A program made the translations under genes and the position numbers. A stretch of 63,931 nt of DNA, the filler included, from Gonapodya sp. JEL0774 (lineage: Eukaryota), in NCBI GenBank assembly GCA_027604505.1. It is 3 parts of 3 records of this genome, joined end to end, with 100 filler letters (N's around TTAATTAATTAA, not from the genome) between each part and the next. Parts side by side here need not be neighbours in the genome. Positions count along the whole stretch, not along the records: positions 23,709 to 46,934 come from JADIIX010000233.1; positions 47,035 to 63,931 come from JADIIX010000274.1; 1 more part is not named here. The stretch is one strand, 5' to 3'. Of the stretch, positions 38,001 to 52,100 are shown in pieces (positions within the stretch are counted from its first letter, which is position 1; each line of letters opens with the position of its first letter). A model generated the notes under the pieces. That model searched no databases and had not been told where the DNA came from. It worked only from the letters and a program-made list of their open reading frames with translations.

Positions 38001-38230
38001 GCAACAGAGATCCTGGAGAGTTCACGCTTGGGAATGTGCTCCGACTGCAAGTAAAGTCAACTGTTTCAATTCAATAAAATAATCGGTGGAGTGATCGGCC
38101 TGATCGATCGGGGCGTGGTCGACCACAGCTGACCACAGCACCGACTCTTGTCTACGGTTCCCAACGCACTTTCAGACTCGGCCAGGCATTCCCGGTCGCT
38201 CATCGCGGCACTGCGACCACCCAGCAAAAG

Positions 38231-41200
38231 ATGCCACCAACTCTGTTCACGGATTCACTCCCGGATAAACTGCGCGTGGCCACTTCACCCGCGGCAAAGT
38301 TCAACCACAACGGGAACAGGAACAGGAATGGGAACGGGAACGGGAAGGGGAATGGGAACAAAGCAGATGGTCGAATCCCACTGTCTCTGGAATGCGACAT
38401 CCGTGTATCGTGTAAAGACAGGGGGGGCGTTGTGCAGGTGTGTCTGTCCCACTCCCCATTCTGGTGACGTCACCCTCCTACACTCTCTCTCTACCTCTGC
38501 ACTCATCAACCCCACACACCCCCACGCCCAAGAAAGTCGCAGAGAACTACGGCATGCATTCCCTCTCCTGGATCGACCACTCCTCCGGACTTGGTACGTC
38601 TTCTCTCTCCACACGGCCCACACGCCCACTTTCTACCCATTCACACCCCATCACACCCACGTATTCACATTCTGCTGTTTCTCTTCTCTTGTGTCTCCAC
38701 TTCAATCCCCAATCACCTCCCGGCCCAGCCGTCCCACCCCGCACCATCCTCTTCTTCAAAAAACCAAACGAAAAGAAAACCCTAAGGGCCATGAGGGATG
38801 TGTCCAGGTGGGTTTGGTGGGGAAAGGGGGGGGGGAAGTTGGCTGGGTCGGTGGTGGACTGGACGTGGGCACGGGTGCCCTTGGGGGCTGGTGTCACGGG
38901 TGCAAGGCAGACCGTGGCCGGCTGGTGTGGCTTGTTCCGGTGGTCCTCGGGTTTTACATACACGGACATGCGACCCCGTCTCCATCCTCTCTTCCCCTCC
39001 CCTCTCACTTACCCTCCCCCCCTTCCCCCCTAACCACCCCACCTGCCCACCGCCACCAAGATTCCTCCTCACCCACTACCCCTCCACCCACCTCGTCGTC
39101 GAACCCCCCGTGCACGCCGAACTCGCCTCTTACGACCCCGACCTCGCCGCCCAGTGCTACACCGTTCGCTCGCCTTCGCCTCCGCCTTCCCCATCCCCAT
39201 CCCCATCTCTGTCCCACACCGCTTCCCACCTCGCTCCCAACCCCTCACCACCACCCACCGCCTCATCCACCCGCGTCCCCCCGCCCAGCATGGAATACAC
39301 CCGCGTCGCAGACCTCGTCATCGCCATGGGCGGGGACGGAACCCTCCTGCACATGGCGAAGGTGTTTCCGTACGAGGTGGGTGCCGGGTGCCGGGTGCCC
39401 GACTGCCGGGGGGCTGTCGGAAGGGGTACATCTCTTTGGGTCGTCTGAGATCACACCCCCCCCCCCCCCCCCCCCTCTTTAGGTCCCCCCAGTGCTCTCC
39501 TTCAGCATGGGCACCCTAGGTTTCCTCATGCCGTTTGACATGGCCGAGCATAGGGAGATCTTACGCGCCGTGATGGGGCCGGGGACGGAGGTGGAGGGGG
39601 CGGCGTCGAGGGACGGAGGGGACGGAGGAGACGGAGGGGACTCGGAGGGTGTGACGCGCACCACCACCGCCACCACCACCACCACTTCTTCTACCGACAC
39701 CTGCCCACCGCACCCCGCGCCGCCGCACCCCACCACCACCACCACAACCACCTTCACACCCCGCATGCGCCTCCAGGTAGAAATGCGCGACGAGCGGGGC
39801 GACAGGGTGAAGTTGTTTGGGAACGGGGAGGAGGGGGGCCAAGGGGGCCGACTTGGTGGTGGTGGGGGTACCACCGGAGACGACGAAGGCACCACGCTTG
39901 GTGAGTCCACCCCACCGCACCCGCGTGCACGTCACGGTGCTCGCGCCCCCGTCGTGGTCGCTGTCTGTCGTGGCGGGGCCGGGGGTCGTGACCAAACGTG
40001 GTCTCACATACCATACCAAACGTCACCTTATTTTCACTTCCGGTACCAACCTTGGCCGTGGCCGTGTCCGTGTTTCTTTTCCTCGTTTTTTTTGGTGCTG
40101 GTGGTGGTAATGGTCGGTTAGACTTCCACTACGCGGCCCAGTTCATGAACGAGGTGGGCATGGGTGCGGGGGTTGGTGCCGTGGCGGGGTCAGGGCAGCT
40201 CACACACTCTCCCACCACCCCTTTCCTGCCCTCCCCCCTTCCCCCCCTCCACCGGCCCCAGCTCCTCCTCCACCGCGGCACGAGTCCCGCCATGGTCACC
40301 CTGTCGTGTTACGTGGACGGAGAGTTCTTCACCAGGACCACGGGGGACGGGGTGATTTTCGCTACGCCCACGGGTTCGACGGCGTGAGCTGCGCAATGGG
40401 GGGTTGGGGCGGGGGAGGGGGGGTGGGAGCCGTCCGGGTCCGGTGCCTCACAGTCTGTCGCACGGCCGCACCCCCTGCCCCCTCCCCGCCTCCCCCCCCC
40501 CCCCCAGGTACGCCCTCGCCTCTGGCGGCCCCCTCGTCCACCCTCTCATCCCCTCCATCCAACTGTGCCCCGTGTGCCCCCAGTCCCTCTCTTTCCGGTC
40601 CATCCTCCTGCCCCCGGACTCGTTCGTGCGGATCGAGGTGGAGAAGCCAGGGCACGGGAGGAAGGGGAAAGGGACCAGTGTGGAGGTCAGCGGGGATGGA
40701 AGGATCGTGGGGCATGTGGGGCCCGGGGGGGCCGTGGAGGTGAGCAAAGGGGGTAGCGGTGGGGGGTGACACCGTGGGGTGTGAATGCGAACACTGTGTA
40801 AACCTTTGGCTCGTCCCCGCCTCGCCCGCTCCGTCCGACACGTTCTACACCGTCCCACACCTTCCACCCCGAACCCGACTCGCCGCGACCCCGACCCTCG
40901 TAAGCTCCGCACCTCACCCTTCCCCGTGCCCACCATCAACCGCCCAGCCCACCGCGTCACCTGGGTCCGCGACACCAACGAGCTTCTGCGGTGGAACGTG
41001 GGGTTCCACACCCAGCCGCAAACCGCCGAGCAGACCTCGAGCGGATCGGACGGCGGCAGTGATTCGGAGGAGTCGGAGGCGGAGTCGGACCGGGAAGAAA
41101 GGGTGAGGATGGACGGGATGAGGAAGGAGTCGGTGGGGAGGCGGAGGATGAGTATGGGGTTCGCGTGTGAGGCGAAGAAACCGCCGTCGAGGAGGATGAG

Positions 41201-41234
41201 CGTCAAGGGGGAGCCGGGGAGGGAGGATAAGTGA
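38231..41234 (+). CDS. NAD(H) kinase (POS5/UTR1 family), multi-exon
   Basis: ADLVIAMGGDGTLLH, VLSFSMGTLGFLMPF, RMRL, FMNE, GDGVIFATPTGSTA|YALASGGPLVHP and PVCPQSLSFRSILLP are diagnostic NAD kinase motifs. Confidence 0.9.
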
Positions 41235-41515
41235 CGGGAGGGGGCGGAGGTCCGCGAAGTGTTTGTTCGTTTGGGAACTGGGAATTTGGCCCGTTCACGT
41301 TTTCACGATTGGCGGGTTGGAGTTTCAATACGTGAGATTCAGTGGTGGAATATGCATCGCTCAATATAAATTGGTCTCAGCAACTAGCGCAGTTCGAGTC
41401 AGATTGCAGATATAAATGATCCAACTGTTGTATACAACAAACCGAGGCCGAGGAACCGGCAGAAAAGTGCGTTGACATACAATCCTCACTTACGCGCACT
41501 GATCTCCATCTAGCA

Positions 41516-41860
41516 ATGCTCGCCCGTCTTTCGACAAGTCTTCGCACCATCACCACCACCACGCCAGAGCACCTGTTGCGTCGAGGAATCAAACCTGACG
41601 TGGTCCGTCCCGCCCTCTTCTCCACCAAACTAGCGCCTGAGGGTGGATTTTTGATGTCGTCCAAGGGGAAAACCAAGGGGATGGATAGTGAAGCGTACAA
41701 GGTGAGCCGCCAGAGAGAGCATACCATATGTTGTGAGCGTTACATGTGACGGCAAATGACGTGTGACGGGATTTCAACCCGATCAGAAATTCGACAAGCC
41801 GGCCCAAGTAAAGAGCTTTTCAGAAATCAAGGAAGAGACAGCAAAGCGCCCGACACGAGT
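41516..41860 (+). CDS. Small hypothetical protein with mitochondrial-presequence-like N-terminus (3' end uncertain)
   Basis: MLARLSTSLRTITTT... is R/S/T/L-rich. A GT donor follows AYK and an in-frame second exon reads KFDKPAQVKSFSEIKEE. Confidence 0.35.
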
Positions 41861-42397
41861 TGAGTGGCGGCTCTCGTGGGTTTCTTTCCGTTGAGTGTGG
41901 CCGCCCACTCACACGTCATCTCGTGACTGCCCTTTCGAAAGCCCCTTCCTGAAGAGCAAGCGATACCAAGCGGGACAAGTGTGAGGTGAATTAGAACTCT
42001 CTTTGAGATGCGAGCTTGGTCTGACCATTCCTTGTGATGTCCGACACCGACCCAACCTCGACCATTCAGCTCTTTCTACGAGCACGATCAGGTATCTTCA
42101 GCTACCAATTCTACAGGTCGAATAGAACTCAACGACAACCTTATGAATTTGCTTTTTCAATGTCCACTTTCTTAAAATATGGCAACAAAGATACTGGAGG
42201 AACATGAGGGAGGATTGGCAGCCATCACTTTGAAGGTAGGGAGCCCTCAACCGCGACAAAAGTTGTTTAATTCTTGTGCGTTTTTATTTTCTCACCAAGG
42301 ATGATCGTGGTAATTCGCTTTGATCATATTCAGGTTCGAAATATGTACAGTGGCGGGAACATAACAAGCGTCTGGCTTGCATGCGGCAAAGTAATCT

Positions 42398-45300
42398 TTA
42401 ATCTTCTTCTCCAATTGACGCGCCCCCAGTTTGAATGAGTCTCGAAAGCTTCTCCGGAACAGGCTGTCCCATCAAAGGCAATATATGCACCAGCATGACC
42501 ACCGTTTCCATTTCCATGACGTGACTCGCGATGACTCTCCGGTAAATAAAAACGTAAAACGTCACAAACATCACAATACTAAAGATGAAGAGGGCAAAAG
42601 ACGCCGAAAGCGCGAGGTTGTTCCGTTCAGGTAGAAAGCTCTTCAGTATGAGCTGGTCGACCAGCAGCAAACCATCTACTATATCGATCTCTGTGTTTGC
42701 CATGAAGAGAAGGTTGTCATCCAGAAAGTTGCGTGTTGCTTTGAGTGCGTTTGACTGGTGTTCAGATATTGTAAGAAGCCAGTCTCTCTGAACTTCCTGT
42801 ACAACAGATACCCACAAGATAAAATAACTTCGCATTTCGAATGTAGTCGACTATCAATTGGTCGAGTGGTGCCGTGACTTCATCGTAGGTGAACCCGAAA
42901 CTTGCGTTATAGTGTCTCACTTCGGGATCACAACCAATAGAGGTACTGCACCAAGTAGTGGCTAGAATATCGTTTAAAATGGGTATGGCTGTGGTTGGTG
43001 TGATTTCCCTAGCACCATGACCGGTGATAGAGTTTAGATGCAGGTTTTCGTATCTGGTGAAGCTACGTCCCGATAATCATCAGCAAGAACCAATCAGTCT
43101 CTGCACCATGTTGTACTCACAAGTCCTTCATATACATCTCCGGCTCTCCGAGTGTCCACGTTACATTGTCTGCCGCGCAACAGTTGAGAACTCCGATGTG
43201 CCAGCCCAACGGTAGATCGGTAAACTTACCTCCGATCACCACTTCGTAGGCTAGGGTCAACGTCATTTTTGTCATAAACTTTCGTCCACCGGTGTAGTTT
43301 ACAAGCTGTCAGGTGATCGTCATGGACATCAACACGTCAATGCTCGAGGTCAATTTGCAGCACTGCAGCAAACAAAGTATCTCACCTGCACATACATGGC
43401 GTTTGTAGGAAGCTGTATGATTGCCGGGACTAAGATGGCGCACGCACAAGCGAAAAAGGCGACAAGAGACAAGCTCAATTGGGTGGCCTCTTTTCGCTCG
43501 TGCTCTCTTCTGGCGGCATCATCCTGCAAGAGAGAAAAGCAGCATTCCTTCAATGCACGAGAGCAATAGTCTTGTCTTTGATCTTACGTCTGCCGTGGAA
43601 GCATTTTGAACTTGCGAGCCGTCATCGTTCAAAACCTCGAGCTGCTCATCAATAACCAGTAAAACGTCGTCTAATATCTTCTTGGATATCGATGGAAGAA
43701 TCTTTAGATATCGAAGTCTGTGGAAACACCGATATCACTTCACAACGTCCTCACTGTTCATTCAACCACGTCAAAAAGCTTACTGAATTTCCCGAACATC
43801 ACGTAAGAGCGGAAACCTTTGAGAGGAACGGGACATTGGGAAAGATAATGAACGGAACTCAACGGGATAGGAAGTACCCTGACTAACCAGACTAAGACGA
43901 CTTTGAGGAGGAACAGTAGGACCAAAACGACAAGAATCACCTAAACAAACACATGAAAGTTGATCAATGACACCGAACATAAACTCCCTATGTGGTTCTG
44001 ACCCACCCAAAGGCCCAGCAGCGATCTGGAGACCATGGAGGTGAACTCAGCTTCTCCGGTTTCACCAACAGCTGTTAAGTTGATGAAAATGGACAAATCA
44101 ATAAGCGGTGCCTTCTCTCTCTTGGCGCGATAGCTTGATCTCACCTTTCATGGTCTCCCCTATGGTTATCATGCTTTGCCATGAACAGAAAAATGAGAAG
44201 TAAACTATCACAATCATATCCAGCAAACGCTCCAAAGTCTTTACTTTTCAACCAAGTATCGAATTTTGTAGTCATTTGCTGGCGGGAAAGCTCGGTAATA
44301 ATCGGGTCCTGCATCCGCTTAAATCTTTAATCACTCGCGCAATTGTTAACATTCTAAGAACTCACTTTGAGCCAGGAGGCTGCGCGCGTATTCGTCTATA
44401 GTGTTCGATATTTCATATTGATTTTGGTAGACGACTTCTGCTATCGCCCGCGTTTGAACCTCTTTGGGCTGATAAGCGGTCTTGATTCGCACTTCGGAAG
44501 TCCGGTCACCACTTCTTTGATTGACGTAAGGCAAAGTGACGTTGCCAAGCTTGCTTTCTAATTCTGCGAGGTTTGTTCTCCACTTGTCGTAGTTTGATGT
44601 ATCACCGACGCTCCCGAAGTATGACATAAGTCGGGCTGCTTGTGAAATGCCGACCGCCGTCCGGCCTAAATCTGTGGTCACTATGAATTCATCCACACCA
44701 GAGGAGACTGAAGATAGCCAGCAGTTAAAACTGAGTAGTAGCGATCCGACAGCACAAATCCCAATCGTTGAGAATACTCACCCGAGGCGAACGCCGAGTT
44801 TGTGTATCCGATCCCGAAAGCAGCAAGCGCAACGCACAGTATTGAAAGCACTTTCAACCGCAGTTCAAACGTCTGTGGTACTTGTTTCAATCTCTTTACG
44901 AATTCATTGCGCATCATCCGGGCTCAGAACGGAGTAAAAGAGAACATTCCAAGAGATCAAGACCATTCGGAGGGTACGCCCACAAACGTTCTGCCTCACC
45001 TCGCCGAGCCTCCCGGCTCTCACTAGCGGTGCTCGAACCCCCGTGGGAGCTCGCTGCTTTCGGTCCACTCGAAGCAACTGGAAAGCTACTGAAAATTGGC
45101 TGTGCAGAGGATTTCTCGTGAAACCTGTTTTCCATGTCAGAGACACCGTAAAAGTCTCCATCATTGTGTTTCCGAGCATTTGGAGTGGAAGTGGTCGAAT
45201 TTCCTTCTCTTTGCTTGCTTGATTCCTGCAAGCTCTCTTCATCACTGATATCTAGGTCTTCAGTGCTGTAGTTCGGATCCTCCAGCTCTAACAGCCCAAA

Positions 45301-46934
45301 AATGAGAGATGAGATCGACAATGCACTGGAAACGTTACACGCTCTTGCAACAAACCATTTGCACGGTCGGCGAATCTGCGACTTTCTTCCAAGTCGGCGA
45401 GCACTGAGGAGAGATAAGAGCAGTTCGGGAAGAAATGCCATCACAGGTATTCATGGTGGTCTCACCAGTACGATTGAAATCTGCAAACAGGCGCAGAATG
45501 TTCTGATTCGAAACCGGATGACATGACTTTACAGAGAATCCATCAAACGATAAGTAGATGTGCACATGCCTTGGATTTCGGGAACCTTTCAATAAGGCGA
45601 TTGTAATTATCCCTACGAAAGACACAAACGTCAGGTATTAGGAAAGTCCACCGGATTGATGAGTGAACTTGCCTCGCTTGTGCGGTCGAGCTTGCTATCG
45701 ACGACAGATAGCTGGGGTAGCTGAGATAGTCTTTCGGAGACGTGGAGCGCCGTACGCAAGTCCAAAATGTTTTCAGAGCCAAAAGAGAAGACATGTGCTA
45801 TGTAGTTTGTGCAAGCGACATCGCGATAAAGAAAGTTTTGCTTGTGATGGGGACCTCGATTTCCGAGGAAATCTCACGACTGCACCCACATATGTCTTGG
45901 CATATTTCTCCTGTGAGAATGCTTCGACGTAACTTGGTGCGTCGTCAGAGCCGTTATTCGTTGGTGCGTTGTGGTGACCATGATTCCAGCCAACACATCA
46001 GAAGGTGGGTGCACTTACGACGACACATTAAGCTCGCTCTTTTGCATCTCTTTGCTCTGGAAATGTTTCGAGATCAGCGAATGTGAAACACTTGTCTTGT
46101 TGAGTCTGCCACACCTTTTGTGATTGCTCCGCGAGCTTTCGGCACACGAACCCCATGAAGCGGACGTCAAACGCGATGCTCATCTTGAAGACCTTCTCTA
46201 AACTGAATGGGAAACAAGTTCCTGTGAGCCATTCTGACCCCTCGATCTTTTCGATTCGATTCAACTAACAGATCCTCTGCCCTTTCTGCGTTGGTTTCCT
46301 CGGGTCGCACCAGCAAGGTCTTTTGCGAAGGGAACGCGAGCAAGTAGAAAATAGCACTCATGTGCACCAAACCATTCTGTTGAAAAAGCCAAGCACGGGG
46401 CGTCGTTACCACGTGGGAACTTCGACAGCATAATCATAACGACTCCCTCGTCCTCAATCACCTTTGGGTATTGAACGATCGCAGCCTCGAAAATCTCTCG
46501 CATCAACAGGTACACGGACGGGTTTGTAGCGCCCCTGATAAATCGGCACGCGAGCTCAACCTCGTAAGGTGACTCGAAAATGGGAATCTAGTGCCAAGAG
46601 TGTTGAGTTTGTGTTCACACGATGGAAAACTTTTGTCCAACGTACCACTGGCTTGGGTCTCTCAGTGGTCAACTTCCAAATGCTAACAGCAACACATGAG
46701 CGGGAGTCACGGCTTGGGCACTGAAATCTTCCATTTCACTTACTCTGTTCCCAATTGGCCCAAGGCTGTAGCCGGCTCATTTTGCTCGAGGAGATCCAGC
46801 CCACCACCACCGACACTCGACTTGGCCTCGGCCAAGGCGAAAAAGCTCGCTTTCTTGCGAGGTAGAGTCGTCATCTCTTGAATGCGTCCTTGCAACCTGG
46901 TGTAAACCCGACGAGCGATTCTCTGTTTCACGAA
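42398..46934 (-). CDS. Large multi-pass membrane protein, TmcB/tiny-macrocysts-like (5' truncated by gap)
   Basis: FESPYEVELACRF, REIFEAAIVQYPK, KMSIAFDVRF and LLRLFADF helical region. Several TM segments and a C-terminal TM followed by VMLVHILP, as in TmcB-like proteins. Many GT-AG introns. Confidence 0.6.
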
Positions 46935-47034
46935 NNNNNNNNNNNNNNNNNNNNNNNNNNNNNNNNNNNNNNNNNNNNTTAATTAATTAANNNNNNNNNN
47001 NNNNNNNNNNNNNNNNNNNNNNNNNNNNNNNNNN
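46935..47034. other. Assembly gap / contig spacer with TTAATTAATTAA linker
   Basis: 44 N + linker + 44 N, followed by low-quality poly-A/poly-T/poly-C sequence. Confidence 0.97.
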
Positions 47035-47145
47035 TTATATTGTAAAAAACCTAAAAAAAAAAAAAACCCCACACTACGTGTTTTTTTTTTTTCCCCCCCC
47101 CCCCCCCCCCCCCCCCCCTCCCCCCCCCCCCACGTCATTAACCAA

Positions 47146-48878
47146 CTAGAATCTCATTGCCCCATTGAAAACTCCTGCATGTTGAGCGTAGCTGGGCTGG
47201 ACGTCGTTGCTACCGTTACTTATGCCATTGGGCTGGGGAGATGAAAGACAAAACCTTCAGCGTTAACGAATAAAACATTATGTCCCATCAGAAATAACAC
47301 ACGAACCTCGGGCAGGTCTTCTCCCATTTCTCCTTTGACGCGGAATATCGTCACTTCCTAGAGTGTCGTGACCATCATCATCAGCTGTGTAGCAATTGCT
47401 CGATACCCGATGTGACTTCATACCTGTTGTTTGAAGTACCTCCGATTTTCCTCATCAATGAGTACCAAATTCAGATAATACCTCGTGGAAAATCGTTTGT
47501 TAACGTCTCGGTAGGTTGGTGTGAGTTCAAAACCAGAAAGAAACAGCCGGATCGGAATGGTTTCGCCGCGTGCTGGCGCACCGTCCATGATCTCAAACTT
47601 TGTGATAGTTTCAGATTCATTGTATTGATTCGGTGCTTGAGTTTGGATGCGAGGGGATACGAAGGGGTTCACAACTGATTTGTTGAGCGAGATCCTTCCA
47701 AATAGAGGTGGGTCAGAAACTCACGAGCACCGGTGGTTTCTCGGCGTATGATTGATAGTTCCATGTGCCGGACTTTAATACGGACAAGAAGAAAGTAAAT
47801 TTTACCGACGATGACATCCTTGAGGTGGTATCTTTGGTGTAGTGGGCGGGATCGGCGTGAAGGCTTGTGGAACGTCTGGGAGATCAAATTTACTCACTTA
47901 TTTTTGTTGTACTCAAACTCAATGTGTAAGGCGTCCTCAATTCCAACTTCCATTTTGATGCTCTGGTTGGCGTCTGTCGGCATTCGGTAACTATAAACCC
48001 AAACATCCTTCTCCTTCGAGATGTCGGACATCCGACGTGTGATGGTGACTCGCACAAAGTATCTAGCGGTGAGAGCTTGAGTTTGGAACTTCTTTGGCGG
48101 CGGAAGCAGTGGAAGGCGATACCTGAGTTTCACATTGATTCCAAAATAGCTTTCGTACTGCTTCTCAACATTTTTGAACTCGAACTCGTAGCTTGTCGTC
48201 GCACGAATTTCACCTGGCGCAGCGAGCTCTTGCCGAAGCGATGTAAACTCGGAGTGCTGACTCCGGTCAGAGAACAGCTCTGAAGGAAGCTCGTTCGTCA
48301 GGTTCAAGAGGTTCGGCTGAACATTCCAGCTCCCGCTCACCAATCATTCCCACAAATTCCACCTTGATTCCATTGTGCTCTATCCGTTTGTTGTCACGTA
48401 CGTGAATTTTGACCTGAAGACGTCCGTTCAAAGGATAGTAGAACGTCAGAATCTTGCTTCAACGAGCCAATGTTCGCAGTTCAGCACCCCTCCAGACCGT
48501 ACGGCCAGAATCCATCAATAAATGATCAATTTCAAGGAAAACGCCAAGACGCAGCATCCCAACCCAAATTTGAGATCGCGTGACACCGCGATTGATGTGT
48601 GTTGGGAAAGTACTTGAACTTCGAAACTTTTCCTCCTCGAGAAACTCCACAAAGTACAATGAAATTCCCTGAAAATTGTCGCTCGTAGAGTTCACGTTCG
48701 CGAACCGCTAGCTGCCCCTCAAACCCACCTTCCCTGCAACCGATTCGCCGTCGAGATAGAGAGGGTACTTTGCCTTCCTGTCCTTATCCAGTTTCACCTC
48801 AATCAGTTTCCTTCTATCTTCACCATCTAGAGAGATGTCAATGTCCGCAGTGGGACCGAGTCCAAACAGAAGCGACAT
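47146..48878 (-). CDS. VPS26: Retromer subunit Vps26
   Basis: PLYLDGESVAGK, FEFKNVEKQYESYFGINVKL, IKMEVGIEDALHIEFEYNKNK|YHLKDVIVGKIYFLLVRIK, KFEIMDGAPARGETIPIRLFL and YYLNLVLIDEENRRYFKQQ. Confidence 0.95.
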
Positions 48879-49148
48879 GCCGGCCACTCGTGTGCGTCCC
48901 ACGAATCGTTATGGCGATGGGGAGGATATAGGCACGAGAGAGAAATGGCGTGCAAATATTCTCAGCAGCAATCGGACAGCGCTGTGTCTAAGGCGCGATT
49001 CGGCGGTGACTTTTCCGAACTGAATTTTGTGCTGCTTGGACGGCACTCTCCATGATCCTCAACGCTGCCTGGAACTACATATGCGAATGAACACACACCC
49101 CCACAAAGTCTGATGATAAAGTTAGAGTACAGGTTGCACGTGATACGT

Positions 49149-52100
49149 TCATTTTGAAAATCCCATCTGCTCGTTGTATGTCTCCATCTCCTCCTTCGTG
49201 AGCCGGTCTGTCCCCAGCCAATGAGCAGACGAAGACCTGGCGCGGAATTTGTTCAATTTGCGAGGGTTTCGGAACACCTCTGCAGATCATCACGGTGTTC
49301 TGTAAGTGTCGAAAGTGCGTACCGATAGCGGATGCTGCTCACCGTCCAACTCAATCGTTGTTTTCATACGGCCAAAAATTTCATCCGGGTTCGTATTAGC
49401 GTGTTGCAAAAGTGCATGTTTCAGATTTGGTGAGTCGGCCCAGGATGGTCGAGGGGCCTCGTCGTTGCTGGATTGGCTTCCAATAGGTAAGCGGAAAATT
49501 TAGTCTCAAATTTGATGACAAGTACATTGCAGCCGACGGAGCTCACTCGTCGTCGATCTCTGGGATTTCCCCACCGTGGAGTTCAGTTAAACTCTGGGGG
49601 GCCGCTACTCCTTTGACTTTAGCGATTGATGCATTGAGAGCGATAGACGACGATAAAATCGGGTTGGCTATTGGCTTCAGGATAACCTCGGTAGAAGATT
49701 GAATGGTTTGCTTCGCCGGTGGCTCGCCAGCGGGCTTTGAAGGTTGCTACAGATAACAGAGACAGTCAGCATGGGGCAACACTGAGTACACATGCTGTAG
49801 CTCTCACCACTTGACCGAGATTCGGCTTCTTGAGAAGATGAGCCTGATCTTGAACGTGCAGCCGGGGTGGGACGTTTTCGGAACCTTCATCCTCTCGTGG
49901 CCGTTTCAGCTATTTGAACGACGAGTTAAATTATATTCCAACGGATGCAAGGGGTGCAGCGAACTCACTCCAGGGTCAGGACGAATTGGAGCCGGCTTTG
50001 GAGGAAGAGCCTTTGATGCTTGAAGCTTCGCCTGTACTGAAGCAAATGTACTCGGGGGCTTCCAATGGATGCCACGTCATCGATCCATGACAAAATGAAG
50101 AAAAATCCAGCCGACGATACTCACCCCCAATTTCCCAGCTCCAGTTTTGATTCCAGCCATCGTGTAAGTAGAAGTACTGGCGGTTGTAGTCCCACCAGCG
50201 GCCAAACCCGCCTTCTTCGCTTTCACCACTTGCCGCATCTTTTCTCTCCTTTCCTGTTCCAGCTTATCTTTCTCTCGTGCCTCTGCAGCTTTTTTGAGGG
50301 CCGGGATGTCATCGATGGGGCGTTTTGGTTGTACGGTAGGGGCAACGAGTGAACGACTTGAGGCGCGAGGTATGAAGGATGAGGTGTTGCTCGGACGTGG
50401 CTACGGATGTAATATAGAATTTCAGACGAGAGGAATGAATTCAGGTCAATGTGGACTCACGTTTGCACCGGGATTCTTCGAAGCAGAACTCTCGGACATT
50501 GCAGGTGGCTGTCCCGGTACCCCCTCTTCCGGTTCCTCTATGACGGGCTTTAGTGTTACTGCATTTTGCGGTCCCGCAAGGTGCACGGACTTCCCCCGCG
50601 GAGTCTCCTGGTCAAGGTCGGACATGGCGATGGATTCCTGGTCAAGTACTGGAGTAACTTCCGCCCCTAGCCACGAGAATCTTGTGGGGCTCTGAGGTTT
50701 CGCTATTTGGTGGGATGGTTGAACGTTGGCGTCTGGGTGTGATGACGCGAATGCGATCGAGGATAATTGAGCGGTAAAAGGAGCTGGTTGGGTGGAGCTG
50801 GCTCCCGCATGAAGCTCTGGACTGCTGAAGAGAGGAGGCGAAACATCTCCGAATGAAGGGGGGGAAAAGAGGTCATCGACACGGTTGGGATGGGTATTTT
50901 CGGCTTTCGAAGTTGGAGGTGCAGCAGACTGGACTGCGACAGGCGGCTGGACAAGACAACTAGTGAGCAGATTTGCAGAGTAGCCACAGACACATCGCCG
51001 GACCGTACACATACCGATGACTTCGATGGCACTGGTGCGAGGAGGGCCTCCAACTTCTCTCGGCCGAGTTCTGAAGGACCTTGACGCAGTACCGTCGAAT
51101 CCACACATTCCGGAACTTTGATCTTCACCTGTGAATCAGCCGTGCTCACCACACCAGTCTCTTTCAGCCGAATCGTCTTAAATTGACGATCAGGAGCATC
51201 AAGCTTGGACCGGATCTTGGCGTATCGAGCGGCCCACCCATCGGGTTGCGATTGATCGCCAATCGTGGTAGCAGGTACAGTCGTCGGAGCAGATGACGGC
51301 CCGGAAGACGGTGGACCGTCGGGGGAAATGTTCCGAGGTTGAGAGTCCACCAAAGATTCATCGGCCAGACTTGAGGCCAAACTGGGTCGGACAAGGTCGG
51401 CCTTGTCGCCTGACGAGCCGGACTCTGCGCTTCTCACGGGCAGTCCGATCCGCGACGACCATCGAGAGAGTGTGTGTGTGCTGTCCTCCCGTTTCACGAT
51501 CAGTTTGGGCAACTGCGGTATCCTCATGAAACTGTCCGGAAGAGGTAGGGGAGAGTCGGTACCGATTTCAAACTTAAACTGGTGCGCTGGAGGAGCGGTC
51601 CAGGTGCTGAAGGCGAGGAAAGGTGAGGGGGCGACGCTGGCTGTCGGTGTCGGTGCTGGGGTTTCGAGGGGATTAGGGAGGAGTGCGGACTTCGCCTCCT
51701 TTGAAGTGGGAATTGCCGTTGCACGGCGATCATCAGAGTCCACTTCAAATCTGGGTCGTGCTGGTTCCAGGGGTTCTTCCAGAATGTTGGATGAGATCGG
51801 TTCTAGAGTGGGTACAGGGGGAACGGGCGGTAGCGCCTTCATCCGTGCTTTTCTCGCCTTCTTGGGTGGTGGCTCTGATATTACATCTTTGGCATCGTCG
51901 GTGGAGGGCGGAGGGGGTGCCACTATATGAATTTTTTCTTGGACGTCCGCTGTGTTTGATGAGTCATCGGCCGGAACAGGTTGGATAGGTTTGTTCCGAG
52001 TTCGGCGAGGTTTTGGGTTGTCAAGAACGTTAGCGTTGCTTGAAGATGTTGGGACTGCCGAAATCTCAGGAGCCGACGTTGGTAGTGGGACAAGCTTGTC

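Noticed and set aside
47035..47131. Poly-A/poly-T/poly-C tract as terminator or G-quadruplex
   Set aside because: It lies at a contig edge and looks like low-quality read sequence.
48414..48728. Unusually long VPS26 first intron as a snoRNA host
   Set aside because: No convincing C/D or H/ACA box arrangement was seen.
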